A DNA stretch of 54,248 bases from NCBI GenBank assembly GCA_944392325.1, contig CALXWI010000002.1:1-54248 (forward strand). The letters are read 5' to 3'. The position numbers and the translations under genes were made by a program. Under the pieces are notes generated by a model. That model had not been told where the DNA came from, made no database searches, and saw only the letters and a list, made by a program, of their open reading frames with translations. This DNA is from an uncultured Alphaproteobacteria bacterium. Its GTDB lineage: Bacteria > Pseudomonadota > Alphaproteobacteria > RF32 > CAG-239. The stretch's first letter is position 1; each line of letters begins with the position of its first letter. This document shows positions 1 to 9,217 of the stretch, piece by piece.

Positions 1-30
1 TTTAACCATAAAAAAGATAAGGTGTGTGTG

Positions 31-1038
31 ATGACTAATACTAAACTATTTTTACTCTTAGGGACTTCTCTGTCCTTTTTACCTCAATTAACTTATGCCC
101 AATGCGTATCTCCAATTCAAGATTGTTATGCTTTGGGATATACCCAAACCTCTTGCCCCAATGGTAAGGGAGTAAAGTGCCCTTTCGGCAACGGCTGGTA
201 CTGCGGCGGAACCGCCGCGCAAGATTGCATTAAGCTTGGCTACGATAAAGATTGTACCGGAGCTGGTGAAAGCGGGAATGGTGAAACCTGCAACGGCAAA
301 TACCAATCTTGTACTTGCGATTCTACTTACCAATACACTTGCTCCGGCACCGGCTACTCCGGCGGCTCCGGCACCTCTTGTGGCGGCAAATACACCTCCT
401 GTACCTGCACCAGCGGTTACGAGTGGAAAGACGGAACTTGCCAAATAATTGATAATTGCCTATCCAATTGTAGCATTGGATGCTTATATTACTCCGACAA
501 CTCATGCGCTAGCTATTTAATAAACAGCAAAATCCTATTAGGAGTTGTTATTTATGAAAAGAGTTTATCTGAAGATGGTTGGATAATGACTATCAGTCCT
601 ATCGCCAAAGGTATTGCTTGGGATACTGGACAATCATACAAAACTGGAATCACAGGAACATCTCCTGATGTCAGCTGTAGTAACACCGCCGCTCTAGTTG
701 CTAAAGGTTCTCGTTTTGAAGCCGCAAACAAAGCATATAACTATAATGCAGGAGGAAGAACTTGGTGTCTTCCTTCATATGACTTACTAAAAAATCTCAC
801 CAATTCTACTAACTTTACCAATGTAAATAATGGTATTAAGTCTGCTGGAGGAATCTTACTCGGATATGGAGGCCAACCGTCTTATTCTTATGAAAACGTC
901 TGGTCATCTAGTGAAGCTTCTGATACAATTACAACAGTTTTCTACGCAGACATAAATGGAGGTAATTCAATGGGTCCTAGTCCTTATAAATATAATAATT
1001 GGGATCTATTGACTATTCGCCCAGTTACTGCTTTCTAA
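31..1038 (+). CDS. Secreted cysteine-rich repeat protein with DUF1566-like C-terminal domain; function unknown
   Basis: ORF 22..1038 starts at GTG 22, but ATG 31 preceded by AAGG is the likelier start. Signal peptide MTNTKLFLLLGTSLSFLPQLTYA. Cys/Gly-rich modules (YQYTCSGTGYSGGSGTSCGGKYTSCTCTSGYEWKDGTC). C-terminal part has W-C-LPSYDLL ... VWSSSE ... IRPV, a pattern recalled for DUF1566 (Lcl C-terminal) domains. Paralog of 15296..17323. Confidence 0.7.
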   Translation: MTNTKLFLLLGTSLSFLPQLTYAQCVSPIQDCYALGYTQTSCPNGKGVKCPFGNGWYCGGTAAQDCIKLGYDKDCTGAGESGNGETCNGKYQSCTCDSTYQYTCSGTGYSGGSGTSCGGKYTSCTCTSGYEWKDGTCQIIDNCLSNCSIGCLYYSDNSCASYLINSKILLGVVIYEKSLSEDGWIMTISPIAKGIAWDTGQSYKTGITGTSPDVSCSNTAALVAKGSRFEAANKAYNYNAGGRTWCLPSYDLLKNLTNSTNFTNVNNGIKSAGGILLGYGGQPSYSYENVWSSSEASDTITTVFYADINGGNSMGPSPYKYNNWDLLTIRPVTAF

Positions 1039-1061
1039 TTTTTCTTACCATATACCTCACC

Positions 1062-1091
1062 AAAGGCTCGTCATATCGTGGCGAGCCTTTT
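1062..1091 (+). terminator. Hairpin terminator candidate after the Cys-rich gene
   Basis: AAAGGCTCG (1062-1070) pairs with CGAGCCTTT (1082-1090) across an 11-nt loop; short T run follows. Confidence 0.45.
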
Positions 1092-1263
1092 AAATATGGA
1101 TTCTAAGAGATAGCAAACTCCCCGCTCAACTTAAGGCACCCATTTGCTCCAATTCCATAATATTTATCTCCCTTATTGAATTAAACCTAACCGGCTCTGG
1201 CTGAAGATAAATATAGGTTTGGAGCTCAGATGTTAAATCTGCAACATAAAAATTGACATAAAC

Positions 1264-1296
1264 AAAGGCCGGAAAGCATCTCTGCCCCGGCCTTTT
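1264..1296 (-). terminator. Hairpin terminator candidate downstream of rpmG (could act in both directions)
   Basis: AAAGGCCGG (1264-1272) pairs with CCGGCCTTT (1287-1295); T-rich flank on both strands. Confidence 0.45.
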
Positions 1297-1320
1297 CATA
1301 AATCTTCGCTCTGAAAAAAA

Positions 1321-1488
1321 TTACTTCAACTTCTTTTCAACGAACTCTTCATGCTTTTTAGACTTCTTGTCATATTTTTTCAAAGTCAATTTTTCCGGAT
1401 GAGTTCTCGGATTTTTTTCAGCAAGATAAAATGTACCTGTACCAGCGGTGCTTTCCAATTTAACTTTAACTTTTACTGCTTTAGCCAT
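1321..1488 (-). CDS. rpmG: 50S ribosomal protein L33
   Basis: Not in the ORF track (55 aa). Manual translation of the minus strand gives MAKAVKVKVKLESTAGTGTFYLAEKNPRTHPEKLTLKKYDKKSKKHEEFVEKKLK. This matches the L33 pattern (MAK..K[IV]KL.ST...G..Y...KN.R...EK...KKYD....KH..F.E.K[IL]K). ATG at 1488, TAA at 1321-1323. Confidence 0.9.
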   Translation of the reverse strand: MAKAVKVKVKLESTAGTGTFYLAEKNPRTHPEKLTLKKYDKKSKKHEEFVEKKLK

Positions 1489-1560
1489 TTTTCAACTTTC
1501 TCCAAGGGCTATCGACTCTGCTGACTTGCTGCACCAACCTTCCTCATTTTTGAAAGGACT

Positions 1561-1670
1561 AATCGCCCTTTGCTTATGAAAGAACCACCTGCCCCTTTTT
1601 CTAAAAGAACCAATCGTCCTTTGCTTATGAAAGAACCACCTGCCCCTTTTTCTAAAAGAACCAATCGCTC
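1561..1670. repeat. 51-bp direct tandem repeat, two full copies plus a partial third
   Basis: Copies at 1561-1611 and 1612-1662 differ at 1 of 51 positions (AATCG[C/T]CCTTTGCTTATGAAAGAACCACCTGCCCCTTTTTCTAAAAGAACC). The unit restarts at 1663 (AATCGCTC). It lies between the S41 peptidase stop and the rpmG start. Confidence 0.9.
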
Positions 1671-1824
1671 TCCCACCCTTGAGTTAAGCACGGCACCTTT
1701 AAGCCAGACAATGCCTTTTGCCCCTTTTTATAAGGTTACAAAATTAACATTTAGGCGTAATATACACATTTCTGCACAATTGTCAAGAACCTTTTTCGGC
1801 TCTGATTAGGATTCGCCTACTTTT

Positions 1825-3003
1825 TTATTGTTTTTGCGCCACCATCGCCCGATTAGCATCAATCCGAGAAATCAGCAACTCATGCGCAATGTCCAAATCA
1901 ACTTTACGCTCGGCACGATCTTCTTTGAAGCAAACCTCGGGGTCTTCACGGGTCAGTATCGTCAACAAATTATCTTTGTCTTTGGCGCGATACAAACAAA
2001 TATCCGGTTTCAAACCGATGTTGTTCAAAGGCTTGCCTGATGGCGTAAAATAATAAGCATTGGTCAACAGCATCCTACGATTATCAGGCAAATCAATAGC
2101 GTTCTGCACCGTACCCTTGCCAAAAGTACCGGTACCGAGCACTGCCGCCACCCCTTGCTCTTGCAAAGCTGCAGCCAAGACCTCAGCAGCTGATGCGGTT
2201 CCACCGTCTACCAAAATCACAATCGGCACATTTTTCACCAGCAAATCCTCATGCGCTTTATAATAAGCACCGGAGTCGGCTTTCCGTCCCTTGGTAGAAA
2301 CGATAATCCCCTCATCAAGGAACAAATCCGCCACATCAATAGCTCCGCTCAAAGCCCCTCCTTGGCTCATCCGCAAATCAATAATAATACCTTCAATCAA
2401 ATCCCGATATTGAATGACTGATTGCTTAATATTTGAGGCACTAAATTTAGTTAAGGTATTGATTTTGATATACAAGACCCTACCATCCAGCATTCTGGCG
2501 GCATATTCACGGCTAAACTTGGTCAAACCATTATCATCTTGCAACAAATCGGAATAATATTTAGAGTTTTTATCCAGCTTAGCCACGGCATAAGCCAACA
2601 TTCTGTCAACCGCTTCAAAATCCTTCTGTTTAATCACCGGAGACACTTTGGTCGCCTCTTTTAGCATTTTAAGCGTCATTTTAGCCCAAGCTTCTTTGTT
2701 ATCATGAAAGTAGTCAGGTTTGTTCAGACTTTTATAAATTTTTGATTTATAATAAAGAGTTACGCGTGAACCATCATCTGCGATGCGAACATTTTTATCC
2801 ATGGTTTGCAACCCCTGCATTGTCCACACGGCAAACTGCGACATCGGCACATTTCCTAAAAACTCATCATTCACCGTTTGATACACCGTTTGCAACAAAG
2901 CTGTATTATCAGCTTTTGCCGGATTCACCCATAATGTCCACAGCGCCAAACACCAAATTCCTAATTTTCTCACGATTTTACCCTCTTCTGCCCTCTTTTG
3001 CAA
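1825..3003 (-). CDS. Carboxy-terminal processing (S41 family) peptidase
   Basis: S41 hallmarks: IIDLRMSQGGALSGAIDVADLF, PIVILVDGGTASAAEVLAAALQEQG, GTGTFGKGTVQ. The ORF-track start at 3003 is TTG. In-frame GTG at 2973 with an upstream GAGGG gives MRKLGIWCLALWTLWVNPAKA (signal peptide) and may be the true start. Confidence 0.85.
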   Translation of the reverse strand: MQKRAEEGKIVRKLGIWCLALWTLWVNPAKADNTALLQTVYQTVNDEFLGNVPMSQFAVWTMQGLQTMDKNVRIADDGSRVTLYYKSKIYKSLNKPDYFHDNKEAWAKMTLKMLKEATKVSPVIKQKDFEAVDRMLAYAVAKLDKNSKYYSDLLQDDNGLTKFSREYAARMLDGRVLYIKINTLTKFSASNIKQSVIQYRDLIEGIIIDLRMSQGGALSGAIDVADLFLDEGIIVSTKGRKADSGAYYKAHEDLLVKNVPIVILVDGGTASAAEVLAAALQEQGVAAVLGTGTFGKGTVQNAIDLPDNRRMLLTNAYYFTPSGKPLNNIGLKPDICLYRAKDKDNLLTILTREDPEVCFKEDRAERKVDLDIAHELLISRIDANRAMVAQKQ

Positions 3004-3070
3004 AACTAAAGTTGATTTATCATAAAACGAGTAATATCAGACATCAAGCGTTTAATCTTATAATCCACCA

Positions 3071-3865
3071 TTAACATTTTAGTTCGACCACCAACGGAGT
3101 ATGGTCAGATGGTTTATCAGCCATACGCGGTTTTTTATCAATATAACACGCCTCCAAGGCATCTACGGCTTTGGGCGATAACATAAAATAATCGATTCGC
3201 ATTCCCCAGTCAGCCGCCAATGCGTTTCCCGAATAATCCCAATAAGTATAACCGATGTCCTTAGGGTGCAAAGCCCGATAAGCATCATACCACCCCAAAT
3301 ATTCAATGGCTTTAAAGCGTTGTCGCACTTCTTCACGGCACAAAGCGTTGTTTTTAAACAAATCCGGATTATAAACATCATCGTCAGTCAAAATCACGTT
3401 ATAATCCCCGCCCAACAACACGATTTTGCCTTGTTTAAGCAAATCTTTTGCCCTTGCATAAAAAGCGTCCATCCATTTTAGCTTGTATTCAAATTTCGAT
3501 TCGTCATGCGGAGCATTATAGGGCGGATTCCCGTTTGGTAAATATATTGATGCCACCACTATCGGAGCATTTTCGGTTTCAATTTCGACCTCCAAATAGC
3601 GAGTATTTTCATCATCAAATTGAGGCAAGCCTTCGCAAATTGTTTTCATTTTCAAGCGGCTGAGTACTGCCACCCCGTTATAACTTTTTTGCCCCAATAC
3701 TTTAGCACCATAACCGGCAGCCTGAATTTTCAACCATGGAAAATCATTTTCCACACATTTAATTTCCTGCAACAGCACCACATCGGGCTGCGCCTCTTTG
3801 AGCCAATTTAACAGATTCGGGATTCGTGCATTAACTGAGTTGATATTATAAGTGGCTAATTTCAT
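3071..3865 (-). CDS. xthA: Exodeoxyribonuclease III
   Basis: MKLATYNINSVNARIPNLLNWLKEAQPDVVLLQEIK, GDYNV, SDHTPLVVEL are typical ExoIII/AP-endonuclease motifs. Confidence 0.9.
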   Translation of the reverse strand: MKLATYNINSVNARIPNLLNWLKEAQPDVVLLQEIKCVENDFPWLKIQAAGYGAKVLGQKSYNGVAVLSRLKMKTICEGLPQFDDENTRYLEVEIETENAPIVVASIYLPNGNPPYNAPHDESKFEYKLKWMDAFYARAKDLLKQGKIVLLGGDYNVILTDDDVYNPDLFKNNALCREEVRQRFKAIEYLGWYDAYRALHPKDIGYTYWDYSGNALAADWGMRIDYFMLSPKAVDALEACYIDKKPRMADKPSDHTPLVVELKC

Positions 3866-3939
3866 ATTGTCTTTTTAACCTTTAATAAATGTTAGCTGAT
3901 TATATTATCCTCTGATAGCAGATAAAAGGAAAAAAAGCA

Positions 3940-5100
3940 ATGGAACTCGCAACTTATGCCACCACCGCCCACAACAGCCGCGGCCGTCAGTATCCTGACT
4001 TTGCCAACATCAACCGTTCACCTTTCCAACGTGACCGTGACCGTTTGATACATTCGGCATCTTTCCGCCGTCTTGATGGCAAGACCCAAGTTTTTGCTTA
4101 CCACGAAGGCAAAAACTACCGCACCCGTCTCACACATAGTATTGAGGTTTCGCAAATCACCCGTACGCTGTGCAAAAGCCTCGGTTTAAACGAAGAGTTG
4201 GGCGAAGCCATTGCCTTAGCGCACGACCTCGGACACTCTCCTTTTGGTCACGCCGGCGAACGAGCTCTGCAAAATTCAATGAAAAACTTCGGTGGTTTTG
4301 ACCACAACATCAACTCATTAAAAATTATGACCAAGCTTGAAGTCCACTATCCTGAATTTCCGGGACTAAACCTCACTTGGGAGACCATAGAGTCCACTGT
4401 CAAGCACAACGGCCCAATAAAAAAGATAACCTCCCCTTACCTTAAAGCATTTAACCAAAGCTTTGACCTTGACCTCAAAAACTATCCCTCGCTTGAAGGT
4501 CAAGTTGCCGGCATTGCCGATGATATTGCCTACAACAACCACGATATTGATGATGGTTTTCGTGCCGGTTTTTTCAGCATTAAAGACTTGCGCAGCTTAC
4601 CTTTCATTGACAAGATTATCACTTCCTTTCTGCAACTTCATCCTGAATGTGCCGACAATCCGAGTCTGATTATCTACCACATCACCCGTAAAATGATTAC
4701 CCGTATGATTTTTGATGTTATGGAATGCTCAGCCGCCAACCTTCGCCGTTATGATATACGTTCTCCGGATGATGCCCGTTGCCAAAAGCGTTTTATGATT
4801 GGATTTTCGCCCAAAATGCAAAGCGAGCTCAAAGAGTTACGGAGTTTTCTTAAAGAATATTTTTACACCACCACCCCAATTGCTCGTATGGATATGAAAT
4901 CGCAGCGCTTAGTAGAGGAGCTGTTTTCCTTGTTTATGAACGACCCCAAACTTCTGCCTATGGAAGAACGTCGCCGTTTATCTGCGCAGTCAAGCGATTC
5001 CCAAACCGCCGAAGTCATCTGCGACTACATTGCCAATATGACCGATGCCATGGCCATAGAGGAGCATCGCAAATTATTTGACCCTTCGTCGCGATTTTAA
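3940..5100 (+). CDS. dgt: dGTP triphosphohydrolase-like HD-domain protein
   Basis: FQRDRDRLIHSASFRRL, RTRLTHSIEVSQI, AHDLGHSPFGHAGE, IADDIAYNNHDIDDG are Dgt family motifs. Confidence 0.85.
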   Translation: MELATYATTAHNSRGRQYPDFANINRSPFQRDRDRLIHSASFRRLDGKTQVFAYHEGKNYRTRLTHSIEVSQITRTLCKSLGLNEELGEAIALAHDLGHSPFGHAGERALQNSMKNFGGFDHNINSLKIMTKLEVHYPEFPGLNLTWETIESTVKHNGPIKKITSPYLKAFNQSFDLDLKNYPSLEGQVAGIADDIAYNNHDIDDGFRAGFFSIKDLRSLPFIDKIITSFLQLHPECADNPSLIIYHITRKMITRMIFDVMECSAANLRRYDIRSPDDARCQKRFMIGFSPKMQSELKELRSFLKEYFYTTTPIARMDMKSQRLVEELFSLFMNDPKLLPMEERRRLSAQSSDSQTAEVICDYIANMTDAMAIEEHRKLFDPSSRF

Positions 5101-5183
5101 TACTTTCTGGTAATAAATTATAAAGCTTTAATGTGTAAACTTCACTTAAAATACAGATTCGTAGCAAAGATAGGATAATCACC

Positions 5184-6152
5184 ATGTTTCAAGAATTTCC
5201 TGATGACAACTTAAACAGCAGCTTTCTGAACGAACGCCGCCAACGCATTGCCGAAGATAATATTCTTAATTTGGAAGAACGCCGTAACGACTTGCGCCGC
5301 TCCAAAAGCGTATTTATCGGCGCCGTTTCAGGTTTGGCTTTAGCCGGTGTTGTAGGCTGGTTTGCTCTTTCTCCTCGTTACAGTACTCAAACTCCGACCG
5401 AGATTCCTACCATTCGCCGCCCGCAAGAAGCTGTTAAAGTTCGTCCGGAGAACCCCGGCGGAATGGAAATCCTTAACCAAGATAAAAGCGTATATGATAT
5501 TATTGACAACTCCGATGCCGCCGAGCCCAAAGTTGAAAGTATTTTGCCTCCACCGGAGCAGCCGGTTATGCCTGAAATCAAACCCGTAGCAGAACCCGAG
5601 GCCCCTGCAGCAGCTCCGGTTGAAACTCCTGCTATTGCTAGCGAGACCGTTGTCAGTACGGCTCCGGTTGCCGTAGCTCAAGAGGTCAAGGCCGTAGTCA
5701 ATGAAGAACCAGAGGTCAAACTTCCAACCATCAAAGAAGCCTCACAACAAAAACCCCTTGTCCAAAAAGCTGAAAAAGCCGTTGCCCAACCATCATCATC
5801 GGCTCAACCGGTAGCCGCAGTATCTAAGACCAGCGCCATTATGCTGGATAAGATGGCTAAACAGCAACAAGCTGCTCCTGCCGCCAAACCGGCTCCTAAG
5901 GCAAGCGGAGATTGGATGGTTCAATTAATGTCTTCGCCTAACCAAAAAGCTGTTACATCGGCTTGGAATGGCTTAGTCAAAAAGCATCCGGCATTATCAG
6001 GTCAAGCTCACGAGATTGAAACCGCAGACCTCGGAGCCAAAGGTACCTATTACCGTTTGTTAGCCGGTGGCTTTGCCGATCGCAGCGGAGCCGACAAGCT
6101 CTGTAACTCTATCAAAAAGCAAGGCGGAACCTGCATAGTGAAGAAAAAATAA
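5184..6152 (+). CDS. Membrane-anchored SPOR-domain protein
   Basis: One TM segment (VFIGAVSGLALAGVVGWFAL), a Pro/Ala-rich linker, and a C-terminal SPOR-like domain (WMVQLMSSPNQKAVTSAW..YYRLLAGGFADRSGADKLCNSIKKQGGTCIV). Confidence 0.75.
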   Translation: MFQEFPDDNLNSSFLNERRQRIAEDNILNLEERRNDLRRSKSVFIGAVSGLALAGVVGWFALSPRYSTQTPTEIPTIRRPQEAVKVRPENPGGMEILNQDKSVYDIIDNSDAAEPKVESILPPPEQPVMPEIKPVAEPEAPAAAPVETPAIASETVVSTAPVAVAQEVKAVVNEEPEVKLPTIKEASQQKPLVQKAEKAVAQPSSSAQPVAAVSKTSAIMLDKMAKQQQAAPAAKPAPKASGDWMVQLMSSPNQKAVTSAWNGLVKKHPALSGQAHEIETADLGAKGTYYRLLAGGFADRSGADKLCNSIKKQGGTCIVKKK

Positions 6153-6811
6153 TGCATATTTTAAGTATCATTCTAACCTTCATCCCAATCATGATTGCCA
6201 TTATCGCCCACGAAATGGCTCATGGTTGGGTTGCCTTACGCCTTGGGGATGATACCGCGCAAAAAGCCGGACGCTTAAGCTTCAATCCCCTCAAACACAT
6301 TGATTGGTTTGGCACTGTTATCTTACCCGTTATTTTGATTTTATCTAAAATCGGCATAGTTTTTGGCTGGGCTAAACCTGTTCCCGTAGATTATAGCCGT
6401 TTTTCTCACCCCGAGCGCGATATTGTCCTGACCGCCTCCGCCGGAATTTTGATGAACTTGTGGTTAGCATTGGTTTCTGCATTATTACTATATCTGACAT
6501 CTTTTGTTCCGGTACTTTATCTCCAAGGGATTTTGAGCCTGTTCTTTTTGAATATGGTAGTAATGAACATTTTGCTGGCCGTTTTTAATATCATACCAAT
6601 TCCGCCACTCGACGGATCCAAAATCTTTTTTGGTGGCATTAACAAACCTTGGGCTCAAGCTTATGTTAACGCCACTCGTGAAGGCATGGCTGCTCTGACT
6701 ATATTAATCTTTGTATTGCCGGTATTAGGCAGCTACTTTGGCCTCAACCTTAATATCTTTGGTTATTTTATCATCAAAACGGCATCTTTACTGATTAAGC
6801 TTTTGGTCTAG
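6152..6811 (+). CDS. Site-2 protease (M50) family membrane metalloprotease
   Basis: HEMAHG zinc motif in the first TM helix, polytopic, NIIPIPPLDGSK motif. Start overlaps the upstream stop (TAATG). Confidence 0.8.
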   Translation: MHILSIILTFIPIMIAIIAHEMAHGWVALRLGDDTAQKAGRLSFNPLKHIDWFGTVILPVILILSKIGIVFGWAKPVPVDYSRFSHPERDIVLTASAGILMNLWLALVSALLLYLTSFVPVLYLQGILSLFFLNMVVMNILLAVFNIIPIPPLDGSKIFFGGINKPWAQAYVNATREGMAALTILIFVLPVLGSYFGLNLNIFGYFIIKTASLLIKLLV

Positions 6812-6821
6812 GATATTTTCG

Positions 6822-7898
6822 ATGAGCAAACCTCTGCTGGCCGCCATATTATCCGTATCTTCCACCACCTTGAGTGATGCTGAAAAACACTTTTTGGAAC
6901 AAAGCAACCCGCTCGGTATCAGCCTTTTTGCCCGCAATATATCCTCCCCCCAACAACTAAAGCTCTTAGTCAGCGAAATCAAAAACTGTATCGGACGCTC
7001 CGATGTTTTAATCGCCATTGATCAGGAAGGCGGGCGTGTCCGCCGTTTGGGTGAGCCGGATTTTCGTCCCTATGCCGGCCAAGAAACCCTCGGCCGTCTT
7101 TATACCGAGCAAAATAAGGCTGCCGCCATTGAAGCCTGCACCCTGCATGCCGCCCTCATCAGTCAAGATTTACGCTGCCTCGGCATTAACCTAAACTACG
7201 CACCGGTATTAGACCTCCGCCATACAGATACCTCTCCGGCATTATCCAGCCGTTGTTTTTCCGACCAAGCATCAATCGTCACCGCTTTGGGCAAAATAAT
7301 GGTTGATACCTATATGGCTCAAGGAATAATCCCCTGCATCAAACACCTCCCCGGACACGGACGTGCCTCGGTTGACCCTCATCTTAATCTACCGATTATC
7401 CGTACCCCGCTTGCTGAGTTAGAGGCAGACTTTGCCCCCTTCCGCGCCTTAAACTATGCCCCCTGCGGCATGACGGCACATATTATTATTCCGGAGCTTG
7501 ATTCTTCTCGGCCGATAACTCAAAGCCCTCAAGGCATAGATTTTATTCGCACTAATCTGGGCTTCAAAGGCTTTTTGATTTCTGATGCTTTGGATATGCA
7601 CGCCTTGCAAGGCTCTCTGGCTGATAAAACTCAAACCTCTCTATCCGCCGGCTGCGATGCCATATGCTACTGCGGCGGAGTTTTGAGCGATATGGAGCAA
7701 ATTGCCACCACTAAACCCTTTTTAAGCGATGACTCACAGGCTAGATTCGCCGATTTATTCCGCATTTTAGCCTCATCTCCTGCCGATTCGCCTGTTTCTG
7801 AGGCTCGTTACCAAGCTCTTGTCGGTAGTATTACCCCTTATCAAGAAACTTATGATGCTACCGAAGTCCTTTTCCAAATGAATCAGGCTAAAAAATAA
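6822..7898 (+). CDS. nagZ: Beta-N-acetylhexosaminidase (GH3)
   Basis: IAIDQEGGRVRRL, NLNYAPVLDL, KHLPGHGRASVDPH, ISDALDM are GH3 NagZ motifs. Confidence 0.85.
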   Translation: MSKPLLAAILSVSSTTLSDAEKHFLEQSNPLGISLFARNISSPQQLKLLVSEIKNCIGRSDVLIAIDQEGGRVRRLGEPDFRPYAGQETLGRLYTEQNKAAAIEACTLHAALISQDLRCLGINLNYAPVLDLRHTDTSPALSSRCFSDQASIVTALGKIMVDTYMAQGIIPCIKHLPGHGRASVDPHLNLPIIRTPLAELEADFAPFRALNYAPCGMTAHIIIPELDSSRPITQSPQGIDFIRTNLGFKGFLISDALDMHALQGSLADKTQTSLSAGCDAICYCGGVLSDMEQIATTKPFLSDDSQARFADLFRILASSPADSPVSEARYQALVGSITPYQETYDATEVLFQMNQAKK

Positions 7899-7979
7899 CT
7901 TTTAATCTCAAATAGTTATAGCTTTTTTAATTAAAACGTGCTAAAATTAGTTCATAACCCCTAGAAAAAGGAGGGAATT

Positions 7980-8432
7980 ATGAATATATCCGCTACTAGA
8001 AAAGTATCCGGTTCTTCAAGCAGCACCAAAAGGGTCAGCCGCTCAGGCATTAATGAGGTCACTTACTCCGCCGCTGCTCAAGAACAACACGTTGAAACGA
8101 TTGACGCTTCCAACAAAGTATCAGTTAATGTAGATGCGCGCGGCCGCGACACACAGGAAGAATATCGTAAACCAAATCAATCCGCCGTACAAGATGACAT
8201 CTCCTCCGGACGTTCTCTGGTTAAAGGTTCGGTTGAAACCCTTAACACTGCTGAGGTCCGCGACGATGACCATTCGCAAAACCGCAACCAAAAAATCAAC
8301 GTCTACGGCAACAACCAAAATTTATATGATAAAGAAGAAAACGCCGCACTTGATAAATTTTATAATGAAAACTACGTCAAACATCTTTACGAAAACAACA
8401 CTCCTCCGGATGAAATTGACGAGTTAGTATAA
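7980..8432 (+). CDS. Hypothetical hydrophilic protein (no family recognised)
   Basis: ORF with a strong RBS (AAAGGAGGGAATT-ATG) and a terminator hairpin downstream. Ser/Asn/Asp-rich, no TM or signal peptide. Confidence 0.55.
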   Translation: MNISATRKVSGSSSSTKRVSRSGINEVTYSAAAQEQHVETIDASNKVSVNVDARGRDTQEEYRKPNQSAVQDDISSGRSLVKGSVETLNTAEVRDDDHSQNRNQKINVYGNNQNLYDKEENAALDKFYNENYVKHLYENNTPPDEIDELV

Positions 8433-8465
8433 TCTTCTTTTGCAACAAAACGTAACATTTTCCTC

Positions 8466-8501
8466 AAAGCTGCCTCTTCTGCATTTCAGGCAGCTTTTTT
8501 T
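8466..8501 (+). terminator. Rho-independent terminator
   Basis: AAAGCTGCCT (8466-8475) pairs with AGGCAGCTTT (8488-8497), followed by a T run. Confidence 0.7.
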
Positions 8502-8698
8502 GGGTCAAGCAATTATGTTTCCGCTTAGGCATTTGTTACCAAATATTTCAATTTGAAAGCCCGCAAAACCGCCATTTGTAGCAAGCTTAACTTTTTCATA
8601 ACCTTTCCGTAACAAAACAAAATTTCATTTGTTTTGCCAAACAGCTCCTCCTCTTTTAGGCTGAAATTATCTTAACCGAACAAGGAGCAATAAATATT

Positions 8699-9217
8699 AT
8701 GAAAAACGGTAAAAACTTTATTTTAGGCGAATACGTAATTTTGAAGAAACCTGAAAAACTCACCACCGGCGACAACGTCCGCATTTCCGATTTCTGCCGC
8801 ATATCATCAGAATGCCATATCGGCGATGAATGTGAGATTGCTACCGGAACTTATATCTCTGGCGGCAGTGACAAATACAAATTCACCATGGGGAGCTATT
8901 CCAGCCTTGCCGCCGGCGTCAGAATTTGGCTCTCCAGCAATGACTACGTCAACGAACTCATCACCCACTCCGTCCCCGAGGTCAAAGAGATTGAAGGCGA
9001 TGTTACTATGGAAAAATACACCGGCATCGGCACCAACTCAGTAGTTATGCCCGGCAACCACATTCCCGAAGGTGTCAGCATCGGAGCCTTAAGCTTTGTA
9101 CCGTCAGGTTATAAGTTTGAACCATGGACCGTCTATGCCGGACGCCCTATTCGCCCCATCAAAAAACGCAATAAAGAAAATGTTTTAAACACTTTGCGCA
9201 AACTCGGCCGCCTCTAA
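8699..9217 (+). CDS. Left-handed beta-helix (hexapeptide repeat) acyl/acetyltransferase
   Basis: Imperfect hexapeptide repeats (ISDFCRISSECHIGDECEIATGTYISGG; IGTNSVVMPGNHIPEGVSIGALSFV), 172 aa. Confidence 0.7.
   Translation: MKNGKNFILGEYVILKKPEKLTTGDNVRISDFCRISSECHIGDECEIATGTYISGGSDKYKFTMGSYSSLAAGVRIWLSSNDYVNELITHSVPEVKEIEGDVTMEKYTGIGTNSVVMPGNHIPEGVSIGALSFVPSGYKFEPWTVYAGRPIRPIKKRNKENVLNTLRKLGRL

Noticed and set aside
1509-1809. ORFs 1509..1691(-) and 1570..1809(+) with repeated peptide segments.
   Set aside because: They are read-throughs of the 51-bp tandem repeat, with no RBS and internally repeated nonsense peptides. The array is also not a CRISPR, because the units are contiguous with no spacers.
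7920-7960. Possible CtrA half-sites (TTAA-N7-TAAA) upstream of the 150-aa orphan gene.
   Set aside because: Only one arm matches the TTAA-N7-TTAA consensus in AT-rich DNA, which is indistinguishable from chance.
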